Below, piece by piece: positions 1 through 13,019 of a stretch of DNA of 64,000 bases. The DNA lies in the NCBI GenBank assembly GCA_973895155.1, contig OZ316899.1, positions 12,961,934-13,025,933 of the forward strand, read 5' to 3'. The notes beneath the pieces were generated by a model, which was given only the letters and a program-made list of their open reading frames with translations, ran no database searches and was not told the origin of the DNA. The stretch comes from Marsupella aquatica. Taxonomy: Eukaryota; Plantae; Marchantiophyta. The stretch's first letter is position 1; each line of letters begins with the position of its first letter. The position numbers and the translations under genes were made by a program.

Positions 1-516
1 TCATAAATACCAATGACTACAAGTAGGGTCATTAAATCTGTCATATGGGCTGTCACATGAGTCTCGGTATTTGTAGCTTGCAATGGAGTGCATTGAATTG
101 GCCTCTTGTTTCATTCTGAGTTGTTATCGATTAGATTCAATTTGCTCTTGCTCTGTCCCACTTTCTCATGAGGTATGGCCAATTTTGTAGTGGAGACCTT
201 GGACAACAAGGTGATCCTCATGGATTCGTGAATCACAACTTTATTTGCTTGGATACCACAGTCCAGCCATCCATAGTTGATGCCAAGGTAGAAAATCTAG
301 TATCTGGGCATAAGGTTTTGAAAGCCCCCAATAAGTCACCTTGTCGGATAGTAGCAGCAGCAATAAGGAAGAGGAAATGGGTGCTACCTTGGAGAGTGAC
401 AATTCTGGAAGCAAGTCCTCTGGACAGATTCTAGAGATGTGGCCCAAGAAAAAACAGAAGAATCATGAGAAGAGTGATGGAGAAGTTCATCTACAGAAAC
501 AAAACAAACAAAGAAG

Positions 517-810
517 GTGAGGAAGGTGGTGGACAATGATCACATTGGCCCTCTGGTGAGAGCTTATTGGAAACATTTTACTGAATTCAGCAAAGGGCAA
601 AAGCAAAAAGTGAAGCAACTAGTCCCAGCTAAGGTGTGGGAGAAGATCTATGTTGACTACAATGCAACATTTCCAAGATCACCATTTGAGGAGGAGACTC
701 TTAAAGACTATCTAAGGGACAGTCTCAAAGATATGCAATCAGGAGTGAATAACCCTGAGAATGGGGATGGAGCAACTCTGCAAGATGCAAATCTGATGTT
801 TAAGCTAAAT
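517..810 (+). pseudogene. Myb/SANT/MADF-like DNA-binding ORF fragment of the Harbinger element
   Basis: LVRAYWKHF...AKVWEKIYVDYNATFPRSPFEEETLKDYLRDSLK has the Trp-spaced helical pattern of Harbinger accessory proteins. It appears truncated where it meets the transposase 3' end. Confidence 0.45.
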
Positions 811-869
811 CTCAACTGTGCATACGGTAGTGCAGACTGTATATTAAATGTTGAGCCCAAGAGCACTCT

Positions 870-2229
870 CATGAGATTCCATGGTTTCAAAGTTGTAGCC
901 CATCCCCTATTCTCTTCTCCTCTGACCATAGGACCAATTATTTCTACTTGCATATCCCTCCTTTGCCTTTGCAGGAAATTGGTGAGCAATGCAATTGCCC
1001 TAGATGTGATGGCAAACTTAGGTCTCACAAGATCAAATCTTTTCTGCAATTGCATCCATTTTTGTTTCATACCACCAATTCCCCACTCCACCTTGACTCT
1101 GTATCCGAGTGCATCTTGTTGAATATCTTCACCAGGCTTTCATCCAATTCCATAGCCCGGATTTCCACCTCACTGAAACCTCTCATCACATAATTCTCCA
1201 TGCTTGTGTATCCCTGATCACCAAGCAAATACTCATAGTAGTCATCCTGATTTGCAAACAGGGTTCTCCAATTTGTGCCCACCCAAGAATCCTTCAGAAT
1301 TGTGACATCATGGAAACTACCAAGATAGCCAGGGTCAACATAGATAAAAAAAAATCCATTATGATCTACTAGCACTGTGGAATAAAAGCAATACATCTTT
1401 TTCCGCCCTTGATACCATTTACTGTGATAGGGATCGTGAAAGGGCCTGTGAATTTTGAATAAGGTGCCATCAACAAATCCTATGCATCCAGGCAAGTTGG
1501 TGATGACATTCCCCAACTCCAATCTCTCATTGACAGTAGGCCATCGGATCTCATTGGCCAAGGCTTCATTTACACAAGAAGCTACAAAAATGGCATCATC
1601 ACATACTGATGATCTTGCCAAATTCCAATGAGCAGCATCAAAATAAATTGTGTTGTCATGCTTCATGTAAAAGATGTAGCTAAGCAATCTCTGTTCTGGA
1701 GTCAATTTGCTAGAGCAACCTAGCTCCTGTCCGGGATGTACCACGACCCAATGAAGGGGGGAGGGGCGGTACCCCTTTATAACTGGCTCCTGGCTTAGAC
1801 CGGGGGGCTGATGATTTCAGCTTAAGAGATAATCTAGTAGGCCCAACATTCTGTTCTATGGTGGGACAAAACAATTGCACATAGCTCTACAAATTCCTCA
1901 AGAGTGAAATTTGTGAGGTCCTTGAACAATTGTGGAGTTTGAGAGTATTTAGAGAGTAGGTCATCTACTGGTCGTCTTGGGTTCACACTCACCTGATTCT
2001 CCTGAGCAAGCTCAATTGGAATGTTTTGAGCATTATGAGCCATTGCACGCAACAACATCATGAACGTATCTCCATGATCTTGGTTATCATTATCCCCTCT
2101 CCAGAAATCTTCATCCTCCTTGTCATGCACGACTGGAGGAAGCACTTGCTGCATATCAAGACTCCCTGGCATTGTCCGCATCTCCATCGGTAGGCACACT
2201 GCTCCGAGATCCATACTTGGCAAAAACAT
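870..2229 (-). pseudogene. PIF/Harbinger (HARBI1-like, DDE_Tnp_4) transposase, frameshifted
   Basis: Pieces in ORFs 1834-2229, 1067-1744 and 708-1091: N-terminal FKDLTNFTLEEFVELC and KLTPEQRLL; catalytic motifs CIGFVDGT (D), GSFHD, LLGDQGY (D) and RVKVEWGIGGMK (E). Broken by frameshifts and a 92-bp insertion. Confidence 0.85.
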
Positions 2230-2722
2230 GGAGAGCTCACTGGCTTCTTGTGGTCACACTATCAAAGAGTAGATGAAGGATTGTAGGATGCAAACACACA
2301 ATGCAATCGAGAGGGCGCAGATCAATTCGCAAGGGTAGAGGCTGCTATTGTTGCAATGTCAAGGCCAAGGGCAGAGCTGCTGAGTGACCTTGCATTTGTA
2401 CAAGCTAGCGCGATGATTCTGTTGTGTGCCAAAATTAACTTGGGATGATTTACAGTAACTCGTCAAGCTTTACAAAGCAGGACTAATGACAAATTAGCGG
2501 GTCTAATCCCAAGTTAGCCTAATTCTTGGGCAAAAGTCAGGATATACTTTATGGATATCTTTAATATTCCCTAAAGATTTATAATATATTTCATACAGGA
2601 TTCTTAGAATATTTTGTTAGGTACCTAGGAAGCTGTTTAGGCAATGAGGTACCTTGAAGTAGAAGGAAATAATGAAAATGGGCACAAGCGTTGTGTTCTA
2701 GGAAAAAACCTGAGAAAATTAC

Positions 2723-2855
2723 AAGGTGTGCTAGGAAGGAACTGTAGAAGGTTCTTAGTAAGGTGTGTTAGGAAGGAACAATAGAAGGTTCCTAGTAAGG
2801 TGTGCTAGGAACGAGCCAAAGAAGGTTCCTAGTACTTAGGTGTGCTAGGAAGAAA
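2723..2855. repeat. Imperfect tandem repeat, about 37-40 bp x 3.5
   Basis: Unit aggtgtgctaggaaggaac...agaaggttcctagta recurs at about 2723, 2761, 2798 and 2838. Confidence 0.8.
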
Positions 2856-2886
2856 CTCGAGAAAGCTTTTGAAAGAAACCTTGTAC

Positions 2887-3022
2887 TATTATAACACATA
2901 GATTAAACCCTAAGTAACCACTAGAGGTTAAAGCAGTTACCTAACCACCCATCCATGTAACCCATATACTACCATTCCTAATAGAAGCATTCATTGAGTT
3001 GGTGAACATCTCTGGTATAACA
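2887..3022 (+). repeat. 5' LTR of copia element 1 (136 bp; initial TG mutated to TA)
   Basis: Matches 8589-8732 apart from about 6 transitions and one 8-bp indel in a TA tract. Confidence 0.95.
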
Positions 3023-3599
3023 TGTTATCAGCACAAGCTTTAGAGGTGAAGGGGGGCCAAGAACGCAAGATGGAGTGACCCTTGGAAAAATGGCTGAACA
3101 ATTCCTCTTGGACAAGGGCTGCTCCCCAACACACAGAAATTATCAAGGGAGAATCAGTGAATGACAAATAAGACAAAGACAAATTTTCTTTCAGAACAGA
3201 GACGACATTCTGACAGCGACACGAAACATATTTCCTTTGGCAAACGCAAAGGAGATTTGAGCAATGGAGCAATAGACATAGCGGCCAGAGAGACAACACG
3301 GGGCTGAGGAAGAGACGCAAAGCGAGGAAATTCCCAGCAGCCATGCATGCATATATTACAAAAGGATTCCACCACCATAAGCACCTAGTAATACAATGCA
3401 CAGAGGCGACAAATGCCTTCATGAACACTCATCCATCGCAATAGAAAAGCTCTCGACTACCTACATTAAAGGAAACCAGCTAACACTAAAGCTACCACCA
3501 TCAAAAGCCATCATTCGTCTCGCATTCTCCCACCTGTACTACAGAGACAGCAAAAGGGCACGGATCAATAGCAGTTGCACCAAGTAAGCCCAAACATGA

Positions 3600-6500
3600 A
3601 TTCTGTGGACAATTAAATTTCCAAGCACTAACGATAGATGGGGCAAATTACCTGTCCTGGTCTTTGGATGTGGAAGCACACCTTGCATCCAAAGACCTCC
3701 AAGATACAATCCTGATAGACAATGGCCCCACATTACAACATAAGGTGCAGGCACTAATCCTCATAAGGCACCACCTTGCAGAACCACTTAAGACACAATA
3801 CTTGAACCACTACAACCCATGGGTGCTATGGGAGGAACTCCAACTACGATCCAATCACATGCGCACAATATCCCTCCCAGCAGCCCACCATGATTGGATT
3901 AACCTGCGGGTACAAGACCACACCATAGTTGCAAATTACAACAGTGAACTATTTTGCATAACCTCACAATTGGCTATCTACGGCAACCTAGTGGGCAACG
4001 AGGAGCAAATAGAAAAGACCCTGTCCACATTTCACATGACAAACCGAGTCCTCGCCGCCCAGTACCACAACATGAACTTTGCCCAATATTCCCAACTAAT
4101 ATCACACATGCTGCTCGTGGAGAAACACCAAATCCTACTCCTATAGAAGCCAAAATCAGACAACCGGGCAGCACGGCCCTACCTCCAAAACCAAAGACTC
4201 ACCTTGTTCAACCAGACTACAGATCCTGGGGACGAGGATGTGGGAACTTCAGGGGGAGTAGAGGATGCCCATTTGGCCACGGACGCCACCAAGGATACAG
4301 AGGGCATGGAGGAGGCTGACCTGAAACAAACAATCCACCCCAAGGCAACACCTGGATGAGACAAGGACGCCTAGGTCATGGTCGCGGCCGTGGCTGCACA
4401 AATGAAACAAGAGATAAGTCTCCCCCCCTTTGTTTCCAATGCGGCATGAAAGGACATATACAAAAAGAATGCAAAGCACCAGCACACCTAATCAAGCTAT
4501 ATAAGGAAAGCATAAACCGACAAACTCATGAGGCACAAGGCAATTTCATGGAAATCCCCAAGGACATTCATGATCCCGCCCTACTAGAAACATACATAGT
4601 TCACCTAAAGTCCCAGCAGCCACCCCAACCCAAACTCTCCAATTGCATCGTGGATAGTGGGACTTCTCACTCTATACTCTGGACCAGGGAATTCTTCACA
4701 AAGATTACCTAGTCCAATAGAGTCATAACAACCATAACAGGCCAGAACTATATCGAGGAAGGCAATGGCCCGACATCCGTCTGATTCCCTCATGGGACAG
4801 TGATCAACATAATCTCTGCCATATATGCACCCAAAGCCACATGAAATCTTATTAGCTTCCGGGACATACGCGCCAACTACCTAGACATACACATAGGCAC
4901 AACCAATCAAGGGGAAGTCTTACACATCCTAGAGAAGACTACAATAGGGATACAAATTTGAGAGACGTACATTACCTATCCACCCCCAGGACTGTATATC
5001 ATGAGAATACATGCATTCCACACAAAGCTTGCCACACCAAACCCAACAAAAGATGGTACAATCGCCCGAGACACCCCAGACACCAACATGTACCACAATA
5101 TCATCAGGGACATAGTTGGCATACCTCCGGGAGTAAACCCATCAACCCTAAAGCAACAATGCCTCTCGTGCTCGTAGGGAAAACTGATCACCCAACAAAC
5201 AACACACTCAATCCCACAATTTCTCGAAAGGATACACGCTAATGTATGCGGACCAATAGACCCACCCTCTGGCCCCTTCCGGTTCTTCCTAGCCATTATA
5301 GATGCATCATCTAAATGGTCCCAAGTCTCACTGCTCTTGACCCAAAATTTAGTTTTCCCCCATATCTTATCTCACATCCTGAAGCTGAAGCTACAGTTTC
5401 CCGATAACCCAATCAAAACACTCAGGGTAGACAATGTAGGAGAATTCACATCAAAAACATTCAATGAATTCTATGAGACTTCGGCATAGATATACAATAC
5501 CTGGTACCTCATGTTCACTTCCAAAATGGCATAGCAGAATTACTGATCAAATGGCTACAACTAATAGCCAGACCCCTACTGATGCAAACAAAGCTCCCGA
5601 CTATGGCATGGGGCCATGCCATCCTCCATGCAGCATCTCTACTCAGATACAGACCATCAGCATTTATTTCACAGACTCCACATTACCTGGCATTTGGCCT
5701 ACCACCTGATATCTCTCACCTCCGCACATTCGGCTGCCTCGACCTCGTACCAATACTGGGCCCGAAATGCACCAAGATGGGCCCCCAAAGACAAAGGGGG
5801 ATTTACATAGGGTTTGACTCACCATCCATTATTTGCTTCTGGAACCATCCACAACAGACATGTTCAAGGCAAGGTTTCTCGGTTGCGATTTCTTCAAGGA
5901 TGAATTCCCCAGACTAACAACCACTCAGAATTCAGAAGAAACCATGAGAATATAGGCATTACAGTGGCAAAACAGACATCCATTTGGGCAAAACCCATGC
6001 ACCAGACAAGCAAACGAGGAGGTCAGGCGCATAATTCACCTCCACCAATGCTAGAGAAGCTACCAGAAGCCTTCAACAATGCTGCGGCAGTCACCCGCTC
6101 ATACACAAAGGCAGCAAATGCACCTACCAGGATAGATGCACCAAGCCGGTTGGCTACAGAAGCCGCACCAAGAGCCAAACAAGGTTGCCCACCAGGCTCC
6201 ACAGACAGTCAACCACGACAGTGCAGACCTCTGACCGCCCCAACAATTGCATCACCACCACCGGTACCACCTGTCCCACCCCCCATACAGCAAATTGACA
6301 ATGAGGAAATAGCAATAAACTACATGCACACTGGTAGGATCTGGCACCAAAATCATACAATCATAGATGACACGATTGCATTTTCCATATCACAAGATAT
6401 AACGAATGAGACACCGGATCCATTGTCAGTTAAAGAAGCACAATTGTGAAGCAATTGGACCCAATGGGAGATAGCTATCAACTCTAAACTAGACTCACTG

Positions 6501-8160
6501 ATCTAGCAAGAGGTCTTCGGCCCGGTCATCCCTGCACCGCCAAACACACCAATCGGCGGAATGTGACCGGGCCGAAGACCTCACAAGGAAGCGGAATGCC
6601 CAAGGCGAGATCATTAGGTGCAAAGCATGACTAGTGGCAAAGGGCTACACCCAAATCCCAGGACGTGACTTTGACCTAACCTACTCGCCAATGATGGACT
6701 CCATCACATACAGATACATGATAGCATTTGCCCATAACTTGCTGCTACACATCTTAGATGTTGTCAATGCCTACCTTTATGGCATACTTGACACCACTAT
6801 ATACATGAAAGCCCCCCTGAATTAATCAAGAGAATGGCTTTCCACATTCAGGGGGAGAGAACGGGCACCACAACCCAAGATCTGCAATCTGGGACATCAA
6901 GGAGAACTCCTACAGAGTATCTAAACAAGCATGCAAATACAGATGTCAAACCTTCTATTCTTAATAAGAAGACAGTGCTATGCACACCACAGGAGAGTAG
7001 ACGCCCCCCAGTGACTACAACTCACGGTTTGCTACAAAGAAAAATGATTTTGCCGTTCAAGTCCTACGATCCATGTATGGACTCAAACAGAGCGGTTGCA
7101 CCGAGTATAAGAAATTCAAGGCAGAAATGTTAGCCCTGAACTTTGTCAATGACGACATTGCTCCTTGCCTATTCCTAAAACAAATAGGAAATGAATACAT
7201 TATCATTGCCGTATACGTAGATGATATTAATATTTTTGGAACACCAATTATAACAACACAAACAATCAAAATATTCCCTTTAAACCAAACAATCAAAACA
7301 TTAAAAAGCACATTTAAGATGCAGGATTTGGGAGAACCCAAATGTTGTCTAGGCTTCCAGTTTGATTGCCTGCAGGAAGGCATACATGGAGAACGCTCAC
7401 CCAGTGAGCACACCAATGGAACAACAATCTTTGGACCCAGTCAAAGACACATTCAAGAAACAAACAGAAACAGAGCAGACGCTGGGACCAGAGAAGCCAT
7501 ACCTTTTGGCGATCGGTGCCCTTATGTACCTTGCTAATCAAGCACGCCCCAACATTTCTTTTGCCATCAACCTCTTGGTGCGCCATAGTTCCCAACCTAC
7601 AATAAGACACTGGAATGACATCAAAAGAATTTGCAGATACTTAGAGGGAACAATAGATCTGGGACTATTCTTCCCCAACACCACCACCAATGAATTGACA
7701 GGATTTGAGGATGCCGGATACCTTTCTGACCTCGACGATGCCAAGTCCCAGACCGGCTACGTATTCCTTCAGGGCACCACTGTCATATCTTGGAGGAGCT
7801 CAAAGCAAACACTCACAACAACATCATCTAACCACACAAAGATAATAGCACTGTATGAAGTGAGCCGTGAGTGTATATGGTTACGCCAACCAGCATACAG
7901 GCCGACCACTCATAGACAAACCAACAACAATCTACAAGGATAATCGACCATGCGTTGATCAAATAACACATGGCTTCATCAAAGGCGATAGAATCAAACA
8001 TATCACACCAAAGTTCTTTTACACACACGAACAACATGGAGATAAGATACAAGTCAAATGGATACCAAGCAAGGAGAACAGAGCCAACCTATTTACTAAG
8101 CCATTACCGCCCGCTCTCCACAAAGAACACACCTTTGGAATCGGAATGCGCTCTCAACCC
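3600..8160 (+). pseudogene. Bianca gag-pol polyprotein pseudogene
   Basis: Domains are spread over many ORF fragments (3664-4146, 4356-4712, 5582-5917, 6634-6825, 7073-7537, 7362-7943, 7867-8217) with stops and frameshifts. Confidence 0.92.
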
Positions 8161-8588
8161 TCCTGCATACCGACCACTAAAGAGGATGTCCGCAACAATC
8201 ATTCAACTAAGAACTAGACGGACGCTCAGCCGACACACCTACAGACTGATAGCAACTCTAGAACGAACAACAGCAACTACGACCGACACACCTGCATAAG
8301 AACCAGAAAAACAAGAAGAACAAGCTTACACTACCTCAACGAACTGCAGTACACCTACTTAGGAGACCTTACACTCTAACACATAAACACCAATTACCAA
8401 GAAACTATACCAAATACCCACATATACCATGGCCCTATGACATGTACAGTAGTGGTACTCTTTCCTTCTGAAGAAAGCGGGAAGGTTTTAATGATTCCAT
8501 ACTTCAATAGGGACCATCTCACACACTTAGGGTTATACTCTACAAAAATAATGGTTGCTTTATAACCAATAAAACACCCAAGGGGGAG

Positions 8589-8732
8589 TGTTATAACACA
8601 TAGATTAAACCCTAAATAACCACTAGAGGCTAGGGCAGTTACCTAACCACCCATCCATGTAACCCCTATATATATACACTACCATTCCTAATAGAAGCAT
8701 TCATTGAGCTGGTGAACATCTCTGGTATAACA
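8589..8732 (+). repeat. 3' LTR of copia element 1 (144 bp)
   Basis: TG...CA ends, preceded by the PPT and followed by the TGTAC duplication. Confidence 0.95.
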
Positions 8733-9703
8733 TGTACCAAATATTATAAATAAGAAAAGAATATAGATCTCTAACTCATTCAGAGTTTTCATCACTGAAA
8801 GTCTTGCTATATGGTATGCGTATGTGAATGTTGGGCCAAGTCAGGAGGAGGCAACGGCCAGCGTGATGGAGCTCAGATTATACAGATGGACACCACATGC
8901 CATTGTCACTCCAATCAATTCCTACAATCCTTAGCTTACAATAAACGAAGCCCACCAGCCCCGCCACCAGCCCTCCATTTTAGCTTGATGTCATGATTGT
9001 GTGTACCACAAATTTATCCTTAAACCATGATGAACTCTCTGTGTGACACTGTCATATGGTATAAACCATATTTTACCACAACCTACCACATTTCATGATG
9101 TCTTTTTTGTGTGGTTCTTGTGAGGACTTCTACCATCATCATTCTCATGGGAAGCCCTTCATGCCATATAAGCACTTGTATTGGGTTTACAAAAACATTC
9201 TAAAAGTAGACCTTTTGGATTCTGCGGTTGCCAATTAGTCAATTCTCACGGTCGGAGAAGTGAGGCTGTTACTAGAGAGGCAAAATTCTTGTGGTTGATA
9301 GGACACAATTGTACATACAATCACACAATGGCTACCATTGTTTTGTCACCTTGCAATGACAATATTATTGAGAGTCTTTCTGAGTGTGCTGATCGTTTTC
9401 AACATTGTTTTGTGCTAGTGCCCGGTGCTAGCATCATTTTTGTCATAATAATTGTTCATCTACCCTTGAACTTACTCCTTTGATCTGAACTGATTTCAGG
9501 TTTGTTTTGCAGCTTTGTCATTCTCCTTGTTTGGTGGGCCCCACCACATAATGTACAAAATTGTGTGTTGACAGATCTTTCATTTTGTAAGCATACTCTG
9601 GAGTTAACGAGCCATAAAGTTTAATGTCTACCAACTGTGGAGATGAGAGCGTCAACTTTTGATAGATTTCAATTTTTTTCTTAACTATCTAGTATTAAAT
9701 TTA

Positions 9704-10986
9704 CTAGTACTAGTGCCCAGAGAGGCATGGCTGTGTGGTAGCTCACTTGAGTTGAGACTCATAGGACTAGAGTTCAAATGTTGTGGCTGACTGTTCCCTT
9801 TTTGAGGGGTTTCACAGATTTCCCTTTAATATATTTAAAAAATTGAAAAATTGAAAATTTGACTAGTACTAGGAAGATTGTTTCTTTTACAAGTGAAACA
9901 ATTTCCTAATTTTGGTGCCGTTGCAATAGTTACCCAAAGTCTATCTATGTTCTCAGAAAAAGAAGATTTCAAATTTCTCACTCATCTCTCAATGAAACTT
10001 AAACACATAATTGAAAACATTTTAGAACATTCCAATGAGCCTATCATTGGCAAATTATGTCAAATACTAAGGAAATCATGATTTTATGAAGTTCTCTAGG
10101 TTTCAAATCCTATAGAGATCATGAGTTTATGAATTTCCCTAGCTTTTCAATGAGTGTAAACTTGAGATATAGTCAAATACTACAAAGATCACAATGATTG
10201 AGTTTCTAGCTTTCCAATGAGTCTAAAATTTAGATTTAGTGAAGTGCTACTGAGCCACGGGTTTCTAGCTTCCCAATGAGCATGACACCACAAATTTCAT
10301 GTCAAACTAAGTTAAGAATTGAGTAGATCACAAGTTTATGAATTCTTCTAGCTTTTCAATGTGTCTAACATTGACAGATTTTGCAAGTACTAGAGAGATG
10401 ATGAGGTTTTGAATTTCTCTAACTTTGCAATGAGTGACATTGAGAGATTTTGTCAAGTACAAAAGATATAACAAGTTTCTGAATTTCTCTAGCTTTCCAA
10501 TTAACCATTGGCAGATTTTGTGAGGTCCTAAGGAGATCATGAAGTACTACAAAGATTGATTATTTTGTTTTTCAGAATGGAGCCCAAGGGATTAGAACTA
10601 TTTACAATTCTGTTGGTTGACTTTTTCAGAAACTTGCAAAAAATCTAAAAATAGAAGCATTTTCATGTAAATCACTGTTATATGATGACTATGTTCACCC
10701 AGTTGTTTTTTGTTTTAATGTTTACTTTTTAACTTTCTAATCTTCTTACAATTATTGGGTCAAGCTAATATTTTCTATGCACATATGTTATGATGGGGCA
10801 TAGGACCCATTTTTAATGCAAATAGAAATCATGACAAAAAGTATGCATGATTATCATTTGACATACATCACAACTAGTTATGAGTTTCCCCATCCACATG
10901 ATGAGTCATGAAGTTATAGTTTAGAGGCTTCACTCTAGAAATCTAGACCACAACTCTAGCTTATAGTTGGCGCTTTATAAGTAAGA
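9704..10986 (-). mobile_element. Non-autonomous Helitron A (about 1.28 kb)
   Basis: Minus-strand 5' end A|TCTTACTTATAAAGCGCCAACTA plus tctagagtgaagcctcta match the 5' end of the element at 11516. The 3' end CTAG|T at 9704 follows a decayed hairpin and is less certain. Confidence 0.7.
10040..10545. repeat. Degenerate about 60-bp tandem repeats inside Helitron A
   Basis: Motif gaatttctctagctttccaatgag...gattttgtcaagtacta recurs about 7-8 times. Confidence 0.7.
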
Positions 10987-10993
10987 TTCTCTA

Positions 10994-11480
10994 CTAGCTC
11001 GACTATCCATGTTCTTTGAATATGTATAGGGATGAGGATAAAAACGTGTAGACCCTTGATCTAAGAGCAGCTGACCAAAGCTTCTTCAAGTAATTGGAAA
11101 AAAGCTGGCCATTTCACTAGAGCCGTCGACCTTTTCACAAGCGGTCTAATCCATTGACTCTCTACACATACAACCACTACTCCACCGATTCTCTTCACAA
11201 GGGGCCCTATTTTCAAATGCGGTGCACTACTCCCAACACTACTCCACCCCCCCTAATTTGATTATCAGCCCCTATGTACTTGAACATGAATGGAGACCCA
11301 TACTAAAAAGAATCATGCAATAAAAATGATTATATACTGTCTTTGGTTCATTTATGTTCCATCTTTGTTTTTGGTTCACTCTACTTTTCTGTTTTGTCCA
11401 TACAAGGATTTACTCTCTAGATACTTCACTCTACATAATAGCACTCAAAAGTGATTTTGCATCGTGCTTTGTTAGTAAGA
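10994..11480 (-). mobile_element. Non-autonomous Helitron B (487 bp), same family as the large element
   Basis: 5' end A|TCTTACTAACAAAGCACGA at 11480. The 3' end (plus strand actagctcgactatccatgttctttgaatatgtatagggatgag) is a close reverse complement of the large element's 3' end (ctcatccctattgacgttcaaagaacgggtagtcggagCTAG|T). Confidence 0.85.
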
Positions 11481-13019
11481 TTTTGCCTCCGCATGCTAAT
11501 AGTAGATAATGTGTATCTTACTAATAAAGCGCGAACTACACCCTACTATTCACGACCTAGGGTCTAGAGTGAAGCCTCTAGACCGTAACTCTAGGGGCGT
11601 AGGAAAATTGGGGGTGACGGGTGCGGGTGTAAATTAAGGGTGAATTAAGGGTGAGCCACTCTAATAGGTTTGGAAGTGAAGCGGCTTGACCTATCGGGCT
11701 CTGTCACTGCGGCTGTCACTGCGGAACACAAGGGAGCTGCGGGGAGCTGCGGGGACCTGTGAATGGAAGTCGATCTGGCTCCGTCAATGGAGAACAGAAG
11801 GGAGCTGTGTGGAATGGAAGTGCATCGACGATGGCACATGGAAAAACAGGGAGCTGAATGTGAATGCAAGGGAAGCTCAGCTGCCTGATAGATTTGCCTT
11901 TTGATTTTGCTTGCCATTTTAATTTTGAATTTGGGTGAGTGGACTGATTATCGATTGATTAAGATTGATCGACGTTTTGCAGATTTATCGTGAGCGACGT
12001 TACTTCTAGCATAGCAATTAAGCTTGAGAATGTTCTAAGTCTGCCATTTGTCAACGCTTTGTAACGCTCAGGTCTGAAGCCTAAACCTGAGGAGAATAAT
12101 TTTGAATTGCAGCTGCAAAGTATTCTCGCTGTGGCAGGCATTAGGTGTGGGTTTGCGCACAACTCCACCACTGACATCATGCTCCTTCGATCCTTCGCAC
12201 TTTTCCGCAGGTGATTTCTGAATCTTTACACTCGATCGAAGAATTGGTTGCCAAGCCAAATTGAATCAGTCCTGTTTGCATGTCTCTGGCCTGTGATGAT
12301 GTCCTCTTGGCTGTGCAAGTGTACAACTACTCACCCATAGTATCAATCCGTCTACCATGCCAAGATCGTTGATCACTTCTATTGAGCACACTATTGGGTC
12401 CTGAACCCACTTCCAGCTCTGCTTCCATATTTCGCATTTCCATCTGCTACGACGGCTGTGGGGAAGAAGTGGGAGGGGAATGGCAGCAAGTATTTGGAGG
12501 GTGTGCAGGTTAGCCCACTGGCGGACGGGATTAGATTTCTTCTCGATAGCTGGCCGGAAGACTAATTTGGCAAGGAGCTACTAATAGGGACTAGGACTCG
12601 GGAAAATTTGGATAAGAAGCTACGTTGAACCAACATTTCTGATCCGACTTGAATGTGTTGATGTAACTCGAAAGCTACAGGTTTGACACCCTCTGAAGCC
12701 TAAACCTCAAGAGAATTTTTTTGAATTGCAGCAGCGAAGGATTCTCGGTATGGCAGGTATTCAGTGAAGGAAGAACCCAAGACTGCAGGCATTGAAGCAG
12801 GTAGCGAGTCTGGGTTTAGGTGTTGTATGAATTCAAGGAGGTGAAGGTCATGTGTTCAAGGGAGTGAGAACTGAGGAGAGGCTTGGCTGGGATGATTGCC
12901 ATGGACCTGGATGCCAACTTTGCTTTTCATTCCTGGTGAGACTTCTCTTTTCATTCCTGGAGTTGAGTGCAATTGAAACGGACTGTGGCTTCAGCTGTGT
13001 GAAGAAGATGATGGCAGGA

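Larger units (their letters stand above)
1..2519 (-). mobile_element. Decayed PIF/Harbinger DNA transposon (left end outside window)
   Basis: Carries a DDE_Tnp_4-type transposase on the minus strand and a convergent Myb/MADF-like ORF on the plus strand. Candidate right terminus ...cccaagttagcc|TAA (minus strand TTA|GGCTAACTTGGG) fits the Harbinger GGC/GGG start and TAA/TTA target. The terminus is tentative. Confidence 0.7.
2887..8732 (+). mobile_element. Full-length degenerate Ty1/copia LTR retrotransposon, Bianca lineage
   Basis: 5' LTR 2887-3022 and 3' LTR 8589-8732; TGTAC target-site duplication (2882-2886 and 8733-8737); PBS tgttatcagcac at 3023 (Bianca-type); PPT agggggag at 8581-8588. 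Domain order gag (WSLDVEAHL...LIRHHL, CFQCGMKGHIQKEC), protease (CIVDSGTSH), integrase, RT (YGLKQSG, YVDD), RNase H (SQTGY, NRANLFTK). Confidence 0.95.

Noticed and set aside
517-1122. 201-aa plus-strand ORF as one real gene
   Set aside because: Its second half is only the antisense of the Harbinger transposase C-terminus; just the first ~95 codons look protein-like.
2723-2855. CRISPR-like repeat array
   Set aside because: Eukaryotic context, no unique spacers and no cas genes; it is a plain minisatellite.
9722-9790. Functional tRNA gene
   Set aside because: I could not fold a complete cloverleaf or acceptor stem; kept only as tRNA-like boxes.
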